Shown here piece after piece: positions 21,064 through 32,213 of a DNA stretch of 64,000 bases. The position numbers were made by a program, and so were the translations under genes. Origin of the DNA: Methanocaldococcus sp. 28A. Lineage in GTDB: Archaea; AGJL01; Methanococci; Methanococcales; Methanocaldococcaceae. Where the stretch lies: the NCBI GenBank assembly GCA_049852185.1, contig CP187540.1; one strand, given 5' to 3'. Numbering within the stretch: position 1 is the first letter of the stretch; each line of letters begins with the position of its first letter. The notes under the pieces are model-generated. The model searched no databases, was not told the DNA's origin, and saw only the letters and a list, made by a program, of their open reading frames with translations.

Positions 21064-22323
21064 GTGATAACTATGAGGGTTTATGTTGAAGGTTATGGTT
21101 GCGTATTAAATACTGCGGACACTGAAATTATAAAGAATTCTTTAAAAGAATATGGCTTTGAATTAGTTAATAGCTTAGATGAAGCAGATATTGTAATAAT
21201 AAACACATGTGTCGTCAGATTAGAAACTGAAAATAGAATGATTTACAGAATAAATGAGATTAAAAATTTAGGAAAAGACGTTGTAGTTGCAGGATGTTTG
21301 CCAAAAGCTTTAAAGAATAAGGTTAATGGATTTTTACACATATATCCAAGAGAATCCCATAGAGCTGGAGAAATATTGAGAGATTATATTGAAAAGAACA
21401 AAAGAACAATATATGCTGAAGAAGAAATTAACAAAACACTCTATAGAAAGTTAGATTACTTAAAGCCTTCTTTAATTACACCACTACCAATATGCGAGGG
21501 CTGTTTAGGAAATTGCTCTTATTGTATTGTAAAAATAGCGAGAGGAAATTTAATATCCTACCCAAGGGAAAAAATCGTTAATAAAGCCAAAGAATTGATA
21601 AGTAAAGGAGTTAAATGCTTATTTATAACCGCCCAAGATACTGCATGTTATGGTTTTGATATTGGAGATAACTTAGCTAATTTGTTAAATGAGTTATCCC
21701 AAATAGACGGAGAATTTATAATGAGAGTTGGAATGATGCATGCAAAAAATGTCCAGCCAATATTGGATGAGCTTATAGAAGCTTATCAAAATGAGAAAGT
21801 TGGAAAATTTTTACATCTCCCTTTACAAAGTGGAGATGATGAAATTCTAAATAAAATGAAGAGAGGATATACAGTAGATGAATTTAAAGAAATTGTTAAT
21901 GAATTTAGAAGAAAAGTTAAAAATCTTTGCTTTACAACAGATATAATTGTTGGATTCCCTGGAGAAACAGAAGAGCAGTTTCAAAATACATTAGAAATCT
22001 TAAAAGAATTAAAGCCAGATTATATCCATGGAGCTAAGTATTCCCAAAGGAGAGGAACAGAAGCTGCAAAAATGAAACAGGTAGATACAAAAATTAGGAA
22101 AAGAAGAAGTGAAATATTGGATAAATTGAGAAGAGAATTGAGCTATTTAAACAATAAAAAGTACATTGGAAAAACTCTGAGAGTTTTAGTTTTAAATGAA
22201 GGAAAAGGTTATACTGACAATTTCAAAGTCGTTAAGTTTGAAGGAGGAGATGTTGGAGAGTTTAGAAAAGTAAAAATTACAGATGCTAAGACATTTGGAT
22301 TGAGAGGGGAAATTGTTTCCTAA
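21064..22323 (+). CDS. tRNA t6A37 methylthiotransferase (MtaB/MiaB-like radical SAM)
   Basis: YGCVLN, NTC, GC, CLGNCSYC, TRAM-like tail. Confidence 0.9.
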   Translation: MITMRVYVEGYGCVLNTADTEIIKNSLKEYGFELVNSLDEADIVIINTCVVRLETENRMIYRINEIKNLGKDVVVAGCLPKALKNKVNGFLHIYPRESHRAGEILRDYIEKNKRTIYAEEEINKTLYRKLDYLKPSLITPLPICEGCLGNCSYCIVKIARGNLISYPREKIVNKAKELISKGVKCLFITAQDTACYGFDIGDNLANLLNELSQIDGEFIMRVGMMHAKNVQPILDELIEAYQNEKVGKFLHLPLQSGDDEILNKMKRGYTVDEFKEIVNEFRRKVKNLCFTTDIIVGFPGETEEQFQNTLEILKELKPDYIHGAKYSQRRGTEAAKMKQVDTKIRKRRSEILDKLRRELSYLNNKKYIGKTLRVLVLNEGKGYTDNFKVVKFEGGDVGEFRKVKITDAKTFGLRGEIVS

Positions 22324-22336
22324 TTATGCTTTTCTA

Positions 22337-22726
22337 TTACTTCTTTAATTCATTTAAAACTTCATCTAAATCAACTTTTTTAATTTCACCAAATTTAACC
22401 ACATCTCCATCTCCTTCATATCTTGGGATGATATGGAAATGAACATGATTAACCTCTTGCCCAGCAGCTTTTCCATTGTTATTAACTATGTTATATCCAT
22501 CAAAACCTAATTTTTTTAATACCTCAATTGTCTTCTTAACTCCTTTTATAAAATTGCAAAGCTCATCATCTGGCATTTCATCAAATCTTTCATAATGCTT
22601 TTTTGGAATAACTAAAGTATGCCCTCTATTTCTTGGATTTATATCTAAGAAAGCTAAGACATTATCATCTTCATAAACAATCTTTGCTGGAATTTCTCCA
22701 TTAACTATTTTGCAGAATATGCACAT
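22337..22726 (-). CDS. HIT-family nucleotide hydrolase
   Basis: CIFCKI and HVHFHIIPR. Confidence 0.95.
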   Translation of the reverse strand: MCIFCKIVNGEIPAKIVYEDDNVLAFLDINPRNRGHTLVIPKKHYERFDEMPDDELCNFIKGVKKTIEVLKKLGFDGYNIVNNNGKAAGQEVNHVHFHIIPRYEGDGDVVKFGEIKKVDLDEVLNELKK

Positions 22727-22735
22727 CTTTTCACC

Positions 22736-22893
22736 TTATTTAATTAACACGTCTTTATACTTAAATAGTAATTCAATTCCATAGGACTCCGTCCTATTGG
22801 GATACTCGGGATGCACTACCTCGCTTACGCTCGGTAGTGCCTCTTTGCTGTTATTTAATTAACACGTCTTTATACTTAAATAGTAATTCAATT
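22736..22893. repeat. Perfect 43-bp direct repeat (3' end of the radical SAM gene) enclosing a 72-bp double-hairpin cassette
   Basis: TTATTTAATTAACACGTCTTTATACTTAAATAGTAATTCAATT at 22736-22778 and 22851-22893. Confidence 0.92.
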
Positions 22894-24170
22894 ATAGCTC
22901 TTATATCTTTTCCCTGCATCTTTGCTTCATTTAAATATATATTATACAATTGAGGAGTTAATGGTCTCGGCATAGATTTCCACATTTCAGCATGAATCAA
23001 TAAATCAAAACATCTTGCTTCTGCTTCACTCAATCCAAGTTTTTTATATTCACCTTCATGAATCTTATAAAGTAAATTTTCTTCCTTTGGCATAGATAAA
23101 ACTAAATTACACAGCTCTGTTGTAGGAATTGGCTCAGCAATGGATACAAAAACGTCATCGAGTTCAGCATCTACAATGAAATCTTTAGTTAATAGATAAT
23201 CCATCTCTGTCTCTGTTGGATATGCAACTATAAAGCTTCCTGCAACTTTAACTCCACAGTCCTTTGCTAATTTTATTGCATCTAAATTTTTTTCCCTATT
23301 AGTTCCTTTTTTCATATCTTTTAAAATTTTATTACTTCCACTTTCAATTCCATAAAACACCCATCCAATTGTGTAATTCTTTATAGCCTCTAATATATCC
23401 TCATCAACATAATCAACTCTCATATCTGGAACTGATAAATTGTTTTTACCAACAATCTCAGATATCTTTTCCAAAAGTTCAAAAAACTTATTTCTATTTA
23501 CTGATTTTTTGAAGCCATATAAACTTCCAGTTCCTCCACTTATTGCTATTCTTTTTGCTCCATATCTTTTGAATGCCTTAACTTCTTCAACAACATCCTC
23601 AACATCTCTACTCCTAATATTCTTTCCAAAAAACTTTGGAACTTGACAAAATGTGCAATTTCCTAAACATCCTCTGTGCGTTTCAATATAAACATTAGCC
23701 CCCCTAACTGATTGTTGCCCTATGTCTTTTGGTATCAATGGGAGAGGATGATTTAGCTCAGGTTTTTCTTTTGGGTAATTTATTACAATCTCTTCTCCAT
23801 CTCTATAAGCTAAGCCCTCCTTATCTCCTTCAATAATTTTTGGTGTTGTTATCTCTCCCTCTCCAACTATAACTCCATCTACATTTAGTTCATTTAAAAT
23901 AATCTCTGGATAAGCTGAAACACATCCAGCAACATAAACTTTGGTTTTATTTTTTCTTACTTTTTTTATAAAATCTATTGTTTCTCTAATCCTTTTATCC
24001 AATATATGCAAAGTTGAATATAGGCTAAATATAACAACATCTGACTTTAAAAATAATGTTTTATCTATTTTTCTAACTAAATAAACACTATAACCCATAT
24101 TTTTTAAAATTCCGCCAATAAGCATAGAGCCATAGGTATAAACATCTGGACTGTAAATTGTGATTTTCAT
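22851..24170 (-). CDS. B12-binding radical SAM protein, MJ0865 family (probable methyl-coenzyme M reductase glutamine C-methyltransferase)
   Basis: TYGSMLIGG N-terminus, GEGE, RGCLGNCTFCQVP, GIESGS. Confidence 0.75.
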   Translation of the reverse strand: MKITIYSPDVYTYGSMLIGGILKNMGYSVYLVRKIDKTLFLKSDVVIFSLYSTLHILDKRIRETIDFIKKVRKNKTKVYVAGCVSAYPEIILNELNVDGVIVGEGEITTPKIIEGDKEGLAYRDGEEIVINYPKEKPELNHPLPLIPKDIGQQSVRGANVYIETHRGCLGNCTFCQVPKFFGKNIRSRDVEDVVEEVKAFKRYGAKRIAISGGTGSLYGFKKSVNRNKFFELLEKISEIVGKNNLSVPDMRVDYVDEDILEAIKNYTIGWVFYGIESGSNKILKDMKKGTNREKNLDAIKLAKDCGVKVAGSFIVAYPTETEMDYLLTKDFIVDAELDDVFVSIAEPIPTTELCNLVLSMPKEENLLYKIHEGEYKKLGLSEAEARCFDLLIHAEMWKSMPRPLTPQLYNIYLNEAKMQGKDIRAIIELLFKYKDVLIK

Positions 24171-24347
24171 CCAATCCCCTTTAATTTTATTAAAAATTAT
24201 CTAAACAAAGTTAATCTTAATTTTTTTCTATTTTTTTAATTTTAAAAATTTATTTATAACAAAGTATTTTACAACTGTCTAATATCAACATTCGAAGTTT
24301 CTAACTATATATATAATATTCCCAAACCAATAATGTGAGGTGATACT

Positions 24348-24908
24348 ATGGCAGTGATAAAATTGGATAAAGTAAATAAAAACTTTGTAAATGAAGTTAT
24401 TGAAGCAGGGAAGTTGGTTTTAGGAGAAGATGTCGTAAAATCAATTAAAGCATGTTATCAATGTGGAACTTGCACTGGTAGCTGCCCAAGTGGAAGAAGA
24501 ACAGCTTACAGAACAAGAAAAGTTTTAAGAAAGGTTTTGTTAGGTTTAGATGATGTTTTAGATACTGATGATATTTGGTATTGCACAACTTGTTATACAT
24601 GCTACGAAAGATGTCCAAGAGAAGTTAAAATAACTGAAATAATAAAGACATTAAGAAATATTGCAACTCAAAAAGGAAACATGGCTTTAGCACATAGAAA
24701 AACAGCTTCTTATGTTTTAAGATTTGGACATGCAGTTCCTGCAAACAAACAGATTGTTGAATTGAGAGGAAAACTTGGATTACCAGCAAAGTCTCCAACA
24801 GCTCAATTCAGTGAAAAAGACTTAGAAGAAGTTAGAACATTAATTAAAGAGTTAGAATTTGATAAATTAATTGGATTTGACTGGGAAAAAATGGACTTAA
24901 AGGAATAA
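24348..24908 (+). CDS. hdrC: CoB-CoM heterodisulfide reductase subunit C
   Basis: [12 protein letters not shown] and [12 protein letters not shown]. Confidence 0.96.
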   Translation: MAVIKLDKVNKNFVNEVIEAGKLVLGEDVVKSIKACYQCGTCTGSCPSGRRTAYRTRKVLRKVLLGLDDVLDTDDIWYCTTCYTCYERCPREVKITEIIKTLRNIATQKGNMALAHRKTASYVLRFGHAVPANKQIVELRGKLGLPAKSPTAQFSEKDLEEVRTLIKELEFDKLIGFDWEKMDLKE

Positions 24909-24939
24909 AATAAATAAAATAATAAAATTTGGTGATAAG

Positions 24940-25827
24940 ATGAAATATGCATTCTTCTTAGGATGTATCATGCCACACAGATACCCTGGAGTTGAGTTGG
25001 CTACAAAAAAGGTTATGGAAGAGTTAGGAGTTGAGTTAGAATACATGCCTGGAGCATCATGCTGTCCTGCTCCTGGTGTTTTTGGTTCATTCGACCAAAA
25101 AACATGGCTAACTTTAGCAGCAAGGAACTTATGCATTGCTGAAGAGATGGGGTTAGATATTGTAACCGTATGTAATGGATGTTATGGTTCTTTGTTTGAG
25201 GCAGCTCATATCTTACATGAAAATAAAGAGGCATTGGACTTTGTAAATGAAAAGTTAGACAAGATTGGTAAGCAATATAAGGGAACTGTCAAAGTTTTAC
25301 ATCTTGCTGAATTACTCTATAAAGAGATTGGTACTGAAAAGATTAAAGAGAAAGTTGTAAAACCATTAAACAATTTAAATGTCGCTATTCACTACGGATG
25401 CCACTTATTAAAACCATGTGATGTTAAGCATCTTGACAGTCCAGAAAGACCAACATTATTAGAGGATATTGTTACTGCAACAGGAGCTAAGCCAGTTATC
25501 TATAAAGATTATTTAATGTGCTGTGGAGCTGGAGGAGGTGTTAGAGCAAGATTCTTACAAATAGCATTAGACATGACAAGAGAAAAAATAAGAAATATGT
25601 TAGAGGTTAATGCTGACTGTATAGTTAATGTCTGTCCATTCTGTCACTTACAGTTTGATAGAGGACAAATCGAAATTAAGGAGAAGTTTGGTGAAGAATA
25701 CAAGTTGCCAGTTTTACATTTAAGCCAGTTGTTAGGTTTAGCATTTGGAATGAAACCAGAAGAGTTAGCTGTTAGCGTTCATGCAATCCCAGTAGACCCA
25801 GTTTTAAAGAAATTAGGAATAGAATAA
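24940..25827 (+). CDS. hdrB: CoB-CoM heterodisulfide reductase subunit B
   Basis: CCG domains SCCPAPG, CCGAGGG, CPFCHLQ. Confidence 0.96.
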   Translation: MKYAFFLGCIMPHRYPGVELATKKVMEELGVELEYMPGASCCPAPGVFGSFDQKTWLTLAARNLCIAEEMGLDIVTVCNGCYGSLFEAAHILHENKEALDFVNEKLDKIGKQYKGTVKVLHLAELLYKEIGTEKIKEKVVKPLNNLNVAIHYGCHLLKPCDVKHLDSPERPTLLEDIVTATGAKPVIYKDYLMCCGAGGGVRARFLQIALDMTREKIRNMLEVNADCIVNVCPFCHLQFDRGQIEIKEKFGEEYKLPVLHLSQLLGLAFGMKPEELAVSVHAIPVDPVLKKLGIE

Positions 25828-25991
25828 ATCATTAGATTAAAATCAATTTTTTTATTTTTATTTTTTATTTTATCTCTTTTTTTTAGATTTTTTATAAGGT
25901 CAATACTAACTTTTTTAAATGTTTATTTTCAATTTGTATTAAAAATTTTCAACAGAGTGGAGAAAATATTTATATAGTAATTGGTGAAATT

Positions 25992-27065
25992 ATGGTTAAT
26001 AATAGAAATGAGATTGAAGTTAGAAAATTAGAACATATATTTTTATGTAGTTACTGCAATGTTGAATATGAAAAAACAACCTTATTAGAGGATATTGAGC
26101 TAATACATAAAGGAATCTGTGGGATTAATTTTGATGACATAGATACAGAAATAGAATTATTTGGAAAACATTTATCTGCTCCAATTATTGTTTCTGGTAT
26201 GACTGGAGGACATAGCAAGGCAAAGGAAATAAATAAAAATATTGCTAAGGCAGTTGAAGAACTTGGCTTAGGAATGGGCGTAGGTTCTCAAAGGGCAGCC
26301 ATTGTTAATGAAGATTTGATAGATACATATAGCATTGTTAGAGATTATACAAACAATTTAATTATAGGTAATTTAGGAGCAGTTAACTTTATAGTTGATG
26401 ATTGGGATGAAGAGATAATTGACAAAGCTGTTGAGATGATAGATGCCGATGCTATTGCCATTCATTTCAACCCATTACAAGAAGTTATACAGCCAGAAGG
26501 TGATTTAAACTTTAAAAACATCTATAAGCTTAAAGAAGTTATTTCAAATTACAAAAAAGGCTATAAAAACATTCCATTTATTGCTAAACAAGTTGGAGAA
26601 GGATTTTCAAAAGAAGATGCATTAATTTTAAAAAATATTGGCTTTGATGCAATTGACATCCAAGGAAGCGGAGGCTCTTCATGGGCAAAGGTTGAATATT
26701 ACAGAGTTAAAGATGAAAACATTAAAAATTTAGTAAAAAAATTTACTAATTGGGGAATTCCTACAGCTGCTTCAATATTTGAAGTAAAAAGTGTTTATAA
26801 TGGCATAGTTATTGGTTCTGGAGGCTTAAGATGTGGTTTAGATATGGCTAAGTGCATAGCAATTGGCTGTGATTGTTGTGCTGTTGCTCTGCCTATATTG
26901 AAAGCTTCTCTAAAGGGATGGGAAGAAGTTGTTAAAGTTTTAGAAAATTACATAAAAGAATTAAAGATAACTATGTTTTTAGTTGGAGCTGAGAATATTG
27001 AAGAGCTTAAAAAAACACCTTATGTAGTTAAAGGAACTTTAAAAGAATGGATTTCTCAGAGATGA
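25992..27065 (+). CDS. fni: Type 2 isopentenyl-diphosphate delta-isomerase
   Basis: RKLEH, MTGG, GVGSQR, HFNPLQE..QPEG. Confidence 0.96.
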   Translation: MVNNRNEIEVRKLEHIFLCSYCNVEYEKTTLLEDIELIHKGICGINFDDIDTEIELFGKHLSAPIIVSGMTGGHSKAKEINKNIAKAVEELGLGMGVGSQRAAIVNEDLIDTYSIVRDYTNNLIIGNLGAVNFIVDDWDEEIIDKAVEMIDADAIAIHFNPLQEVIQPEGDLNFKNIYKLKEVISNYKKGYKNIPFIAKQVGEGFSKEDALILKNIGFDAIDIQGSGGSSWAKVEYYRVKDENIKNLVKKFTNWGIPTAASIFEVKSVYNGIVIGSGGLRCGLDMAKCIAIGCDCCAVALPILKASLKGWEEVVKVLENYIKELKITMFLVGAENIEELKKTPYVVKGTLKEWISQR

Positions 27066-27111
27066 AATAAAGTTTTATTGTTAATCCTGTTATCACATTG
27101 ATTTTATTTGA

Positions 27112-27350
27112 ATAGGATTTTCGTAGGAATAACCATAGTTTTGTGCAAAAGGATATGAATTGAGTAATGAATATCTTCCTTTGGAAGAATTTCAAATTTT
27201 TAACATCATAAATATTTTAAATGAAATATAAATTGCGAAAGTCTCAATATATGATACCTTTAGATTCAAAATTACCATAATACCTCACCATATTAAAGTG
27301 AATTCAAACAGTTAATTCTTTAATTGGCATATAAACTGCGAAAATTCTAT
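27112..27350. mobile_element. Nested, degenerate MITEs (family A ends with a family B left end inside)
   Basis: ATAGGATTTTCG at 27112, ATAGTTTTGTGCAAAA at ~27135, TGCGAAAGTCT at ~27234, TGCGAAAATTCTAT at ~27337. Confidence 0.6.
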
Positions 27351-27464
27351 TTATCTTAGATGTTCGTTTATAAATTTATTTAAAACAATTAAATATTTGC
27401 AGATACAAATACAAAAAATTAAAGAATTTATAAAATTAAAATAAAAATTAAAGGATGTGAGAGT

Positions 27465-28811
27465 GTGAAATTAGAAATTATTGCAATTGGTGGTTATGAA
27501 GAAGTTGGAAGAAATATGACTGCTGTTAATGTAGATGGAGAAATTATAATATTAGATATGGGAATTAGATTAGATAGAGTTTTAATCCACGAAGATACTG
27601 ATATATCAAAACTTCATAGCTTAGAGTTAATTGAAAAGGGAATAATCCCAAACGATACAGTTATGAAAAATATAGAAGGGGAAGTTAAAGCCATTGTTTT
27701 ATCTCATGGCCACTTAGACCACATTGGGGCTGTTCCTAAATTAGCTCATAGATATAATGCTCCAATCATTGGAACTCCATACACAATTGAGTTAATTAAG
27801 AGAGAAATCTTAAGTGAAAAAAAATTTGACGTTAGAAATCCTTTAATTGTTTTAAATGCTGGAGAATCTATTGATTTAACTCCAAACATAACATTAGAGT
27901 TTATTAGAATAACTCACAGTATTCCTGACTCTGTTTTGCCTGTTTTACATACTCCTTACGGAGCTATAGTATATGGAAATGACTTTAAATTTGATAATTT
28001 TCCTGTTGTTGGAGAGAGACCTGATTATAGAGCTATAAAAAAAGTTGGTAAGAATGGGGTTTTATGCTTTATATCAGAAACAACAAGAATAAACCACGAA
28101 GGAAAAACTCCGCCAGAGATTATTGCTTCTGGTTTATTGAAAAATGATTTATTAGCTGCTGACAATGATAAAAATGGTATTATTGTAACTACTTTCTCTT
28201 CTCACATTGCAAGGATAAAATCTATAACTGATATAGCTGAAAAAATGGATAGAACTCCTGTTTTATTAGGAAGAAGTATGATAAGATATTGTGGAATAGC
28301 CCAAGATATTGGAATAGTTAAATTTCCAGATAATTTAAGAATTTATGGAGACCCAAGTTCCATAGAAATGGCTTTAAAGAATATAGCTAAAGAAGGTAAG
28401 GAAAAATATCTAATAATAGCAACAGGACATCAAGGAGAAGATGGCGCTGTGCTATCAAGAATGGCTACTAACAAAACACCATACAAGTTTGATAAATATG
28501 ATTGTGTTGTATTTTCAGCAGACCCTATTCCAAACCCAATAAACGCTGCCCAAAGGTATATGCTAGAATCAAGATTAAAATTGTTAGGAGTTAGAATATT
28601 TAAAGGGGCTCACGTCTCTGGACACGCCGCAAAAGAAGACCATAGAGATATGTTGAGATGGTTGAATCCTGAACACATAATCCCTTCACATGGTGACTTC
28701 AATTTAACTGCTGAATATACAAAATTAGCTGAAGAAGAGGGATATAGATTAGGAGAAGATGTCCATTTATTAAGAAATGGACAATGCTTAAGCTTTGAAA
28801 GAATTATATAA
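27465..28811 (+). CDS. rnj: Ribonuclease J (beta-CASP)
   Basis: GGYEEVGRNM, HGHLDHIG, HVSGH. Confidence 0.95.
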   Translation: MKLEIIAIGGYEEVGRNMTAVNVDGEIIILDMGIRLDRVLIHEDTDISKLHSLELIEKGIIPNDTVMKNIEGEVKAIVLSHGHLDHIGAVPKLAHRYNAPIIGTPYTIELIKREILSEKKFDVRNPLIVLNAGESIDLTPNITLEFIRITHSIPDSVLPVLHTPYGAIVYGNDFKFDNFPVVGERPDYRAIKKVGKNGVLCFISETTRINHEGKTPPEIIASGLLKNDLLAADNDKNGIIVTTFSSHIARIKSITDIAEKMDRTPVLLGRSMIRYCGIAQDIGIVKFPDNLRIYGDPSSIEMALKNIAKEGKEKYLIIATGHQGEDGAVLSRMATNKTPYKFDKYDCVVFSADPIPNPINAAQRYMLESRLKLLGVRIFKGAHVSGHAAKEDHRDMLRWLNPEHIIPSHGDFNLTAEYTKLAEEEGYRLGEDVHLLRNGQCLSFERII

Positions 28812-28849
28812 ATAATATAACTTTTTAATAATTTAATAAATGAGGTGGA

Positions 28850-29806
28850 ATGATGCTATTTGATAAAAACATATTACAAAAAATAGATGAGGAATTAAAA
28901 ACTTATGTAAATAAGGATGATAAGTTATATAATGCATCAAAACATCTTTTGTTTGCTGGAGGAAAAAGGATTAGACCATATTTAGCCGTTGCCACTTATA
29001 AGCTAAAGAAAGATGATATTGACGAAGTGTTACCTGCTGCTGTAAGTGTTGAACTCATACACAACTATACATTAATACACGACGACATTATGGATAACGA
29101 TGATGAAAGAAGAGGAAAGAAAACAGTTCATGTAGTTTATGGGGAACCAATGGCAATATTGGCTGGAGATTTATTATATGCAAAAGCTTTTGAAGCTATT
29201 TCAAGAATAAAAGATGCTAAAAAAGCTCATGAAGTTTTAAAAATCTTATCAAAAGCGTGTGTTGATGTTTGTGAAGGTCAAGCAATGGATATGGAGTTTG
29301 AAAACTATTATCCTACAATGGAGGAATACTTAATAATGATTAGAAAAAAGACAGGAGCTTTATTAGAAGCTTCTGTAGAGATTGGGGCAATAATGTCAGA
29401 TTGTAATGAAGAAGAAAAAAAAGCGTTGAAAGAATATGCAACAAGGATTGGATTAACTTTCCAAATACAGGATGATATATTAGATTTAATTGGAGATAAA
29501 AAGAAGATAGGTAAGCCAGTTGGTAGTGATATAAGGGAAGGTAAGAAAACTATAATTGTAATTCATGCTTTAAAAACATTAGATGAAGATAAAAAGAAAA
29601 GGTTATTAGAAATTTTAGGAAATAAAGATATTGGAGATGAAGAGATTAAAGAGGCTATTGATATATTGAAGCCTTCAATAGAATATGCAAAAGAGCTTAT
29701 GAAACAAACAACAGAAGAAGCAAAGAACTATTTAAAGATATTTGATAAAGATAGAAGAAAAGTTTTAGAAGATTTAGCAGATTTTATAATGGATAGGATT
29801 TATTAA
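28850..29806 (+). CDS. idsA: Short-chain isoprenyl diphosphate synthase (GGPP synthase)
   Basis: GGKRIRP, HDDIMD..RRG, FQIQDD. Confidence 0.95.
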   Translation: MMLFDKNILQKIDEELKTYVNKDDKLYNASKHLLFAGGKRIRPYLAVATYKLKKDDIDEVLPAAVSVELIHNYTLIHDDIMDNDDERRGKKTVHVVYGEPMAILAGDLLYAKAFEAISRIKDAKKAHEVLKILSKACVDVCEGQAMDMEFENYYPTMEEYLIMIRKKTGALLEASVEIGAIMSDCNEEEKKALKEYATRIGLTFQIQDDILDLIGDKKKIGKPVGSDIREGKKTIIVIHALKTLDEDKKKRLLEILGNKDIGDEEIKEAIDILKPSIEYAKELMKQTTEEAKNYLKIFDKDRRKVLEDLADFIMDRIY

Positions 29807-30020
29807 TGTTAAGGTAAGAAATTATTTAATAGACAGTTAGTTGGTTCTTTCAATATTTTTAAAATCTTATTTTGTATGGAATAATATAGAAACTAAAAAC
29901 GAATAAATAAAAGAAAAAATGGAAATCTCCTATATATTATTATCAAATTAATCACCTTAATAGAAAATATTATATTTTTATTCCTTTATTATTTTCAAAA
30001 TCAATTTCTAAGTGGTTTTT

Positions 30021-31976
30021 ATGGAATTTAAAAGATATATTATAGAAAAGTTTCCATATCCCAAAATTAGAGAGCCTCAAAAAAAAATGATGCTAAAAAT
30101 TTACGAATGTATAAAAAACAGGAGAAATTTGATAATTGAAGCTCCTACAGGTGTTGGAAAAACCCTCGGCTACTTAATTCCAGCATTATATTTTGCAGAA
30201 AGAGGGAAAAGAGTTTTAATATTAACTGAAACAATAGACCAGCAGGTTAGGATATATGAGGACTTAAGCTCTCTAAAGCATAATTTAAAAATTGGGTTTC
30301 TTATGGGAAAAAGTAACTTTATTTGCAAGTCAAAAGGAGGTAAAGCTAATAGATTATATTGCCAATTGAATAAAAAATGCAAATATAGGCCCAATAGAAG
30401 ACCCATCTGCTATTGTGGTACAAAAAAACAGCAAATAAATTTAGGAGATAAAGTAATTTATTACTGTCCATTTTGCACGTGTGATTATCAAAAGGCAAAA
30501 ATTGAAAGTATCTTAGCTGATATTATTGTAATGAATAACAGCATGTTTTACTATGCAAAGGAAGATATTGAGGTAAAAAGAGATATTGATATAATTATTT
30601 GTGACGAAGCTCACAAATTAGAGAATAGCATAAGAAATGCATCAACAATAACCATTAATCCAGATTTAGCAATTAATAGATTAAAATATATGGCTATCTA
30701 TTATGCCCCAAATATTTTAAAAAAGAGATTAAATACTGAAGATGAAAATTTTTGGGAAATTATTGAGATGTATTTAATAAGTAGAGGTATAGATATAGAT
30801 ATTTGCAAAGATACTATTATTTATACTGGAGAAGATTTAAATTCTTGGAAATATAAAACTGAATTGGCTGTATTAGGGGCTATTTTAGATGGGTATTATC
30901 AAATAAATAATATAAAGAACAAAATATTAAGATTTAGTGAAAATGAAGAGATTAGATATGAGGAGCTTAGATTTGAAATTGATAATAAGGCGTTAATTGC
31001 TATAGAGCTTGATTTTATCCATAAAAAGAGATTATCAGATTTATATCTCTTAGAATTTATAGAAAATATCAAAAATTTAAGATATATTAATGAAAACTAT
31101 GTGATTTATAGAAGCGGAAATTCCTTATTATGTGAGCCAGTTTTTGTTAGCTCTCATTTAAAAGAGCTTTATGGCAATTCGGTAGTTATTCACTGCTCAG
31201 CAACTATTGGAAATTTAAAAATGCATGCCTTAAAAACAGGAGTTGAAAATCCAGAATTTTTAATTTTAGAAAGCCCTTTTCCAAAAAATAGGAAGAAAAT
31301 TATAGCTCTAAAAGATGGCGTTGATATGAAGTATGAAAAAAAAGATAGAGAAAAAGCAAATAAAAATTTATTAAAAATATTGGAAGCAATAAATGGAAAT
31401 TCATTGGTCCTATTTAAGAGCTTTGAGGATTTAGATAGCTTTTACAAATTCTTAAAAAAAGAAATAACAAAAACAAATATTAAAAATAAAAATATTCACG
31501 TGTATGAACAGGGAATGGATGGAAAGGAAGCTAAAGAGCTAAAAGAAAGATTTGAAAAAATTGGAGGGATTTTATTAGCAACTGGAAGATTTGCTGAGGG
31601 TGTTGATATCCCTGGAGAAGCATTGGTTGGTGTTGTTATAGATGCTTTACCTTTCCCTGTTCCTACACCTTTAATATTAAGAGAACAAAAAATATTAGAA
31701 GAGAAATTTAAAAGTAGATGTCTTAGAGATGCCCATTGGAGAGCTTTTTTAATGACATCATTTGATAGAATGGCAAGAACATTAGTGCAAATGATTGGAA
31801 GATTAATAAGAACAGAGAATGATTATGGAGTTGTAGTTATACAAGATAAGAGGTTTGCAGATTGGGCTGGGAGAGTTATGAAAGAAAAAGGTTATTTAAA
31901 AGATAATTATGAGGTTATGAGCTTAGATATTGCCATAAACTATATTTCTAAGTTTATGAGCCAATTTGAAAAATAA
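30021..31976 (+). CDS. XPD/DinG-family ATP-dependent DNA helicase
   Basis: APTGVGKT, DEAH, SAT, EGVD, QMIGRLIR; Cys-rich insert; the ORF track starts at 30012. Confidence 0.9.
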   Translation: MEFKRYIIEKFPYPKIREPQKKMMLKIYECIKNRRNLIIEAPTGVGKTLGYLIPALYFAERGKRVLILTETIDQQVRIYEDLSSLKHNLKIGFLMGKSNFICKSKGGKANRLYCQLNKKCKYRPNRRPICYCGTKKQQINLGDKVIYYCPFCTCDYQKAKIESILADIIVMNNSMFYYAKEDIEVKRDIDIIICDEAHKLENSIRNASTITINPDLAINRLKYMAIYYAPNILKKRLNTEDENFWEIIEMYLISRGIDIDICKDTIIYTGEDLNSWKYKTELAVLGAILDGYYQINNIKNKILRFSENEEIRYEELRFEIDNKALIAIELDFIHKKRLSDLYLLEFIENIKNLRYINENYVIYRSGNSLLCEPVFVSSHLKELYGNSVVIHCSATIGNLKMHALKTGVENPEFLILESPFPKNRKKIIALKDGVDMKYEKKDREKANKNLLKILEAINGNSLVLFKSFEDLDSFYKFLKKEITKTNIKNKNIHVYEQGMDGKEAKELKERFEKIGGILLATGRFAEGVDIPGEALVGVVIDALPFPVPTPLILREQKILEEKFKSRCLRDAHWRAFLMTSFDRMARTLVQMIGRLIRTENDYGVVVIQDKRFADWAGRVMKEKGYLKDNYEVMSLDIAINYISKFMSQFEK

Positions 31977-32030
31977 TAACTTTTAATTTATACATTTAAA
32001 TTAATTAATATAACATCTAAAAATAAAAAA

Positions 32031-32108
32031 TGGTAGGGCGGCGGGGATTCGAACCCCGGACCACTCGGTTATCAGCCGAGCACTCTAACCAGGCTGAGCC
32101 ACCGCCCT
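32031..32108 (-). tRNA. tRNA-Ile(GAT)
   Basis: Reverse complement AGGGCGGTGGCTCAG...CTCGG CT GAT AA CCGAG...GTTCGAATCC...CCA. Confidence 0.97.
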
Positions 32109-32213
32109 ACAAGTGAAAGCAGAAATTAAATAATAATAACTAATATATATACTTTTCGTTTATTAATTAATTTTAATTTATTGTTTCTCTTTATTAGCTT
32201 TATACATTGCTTC

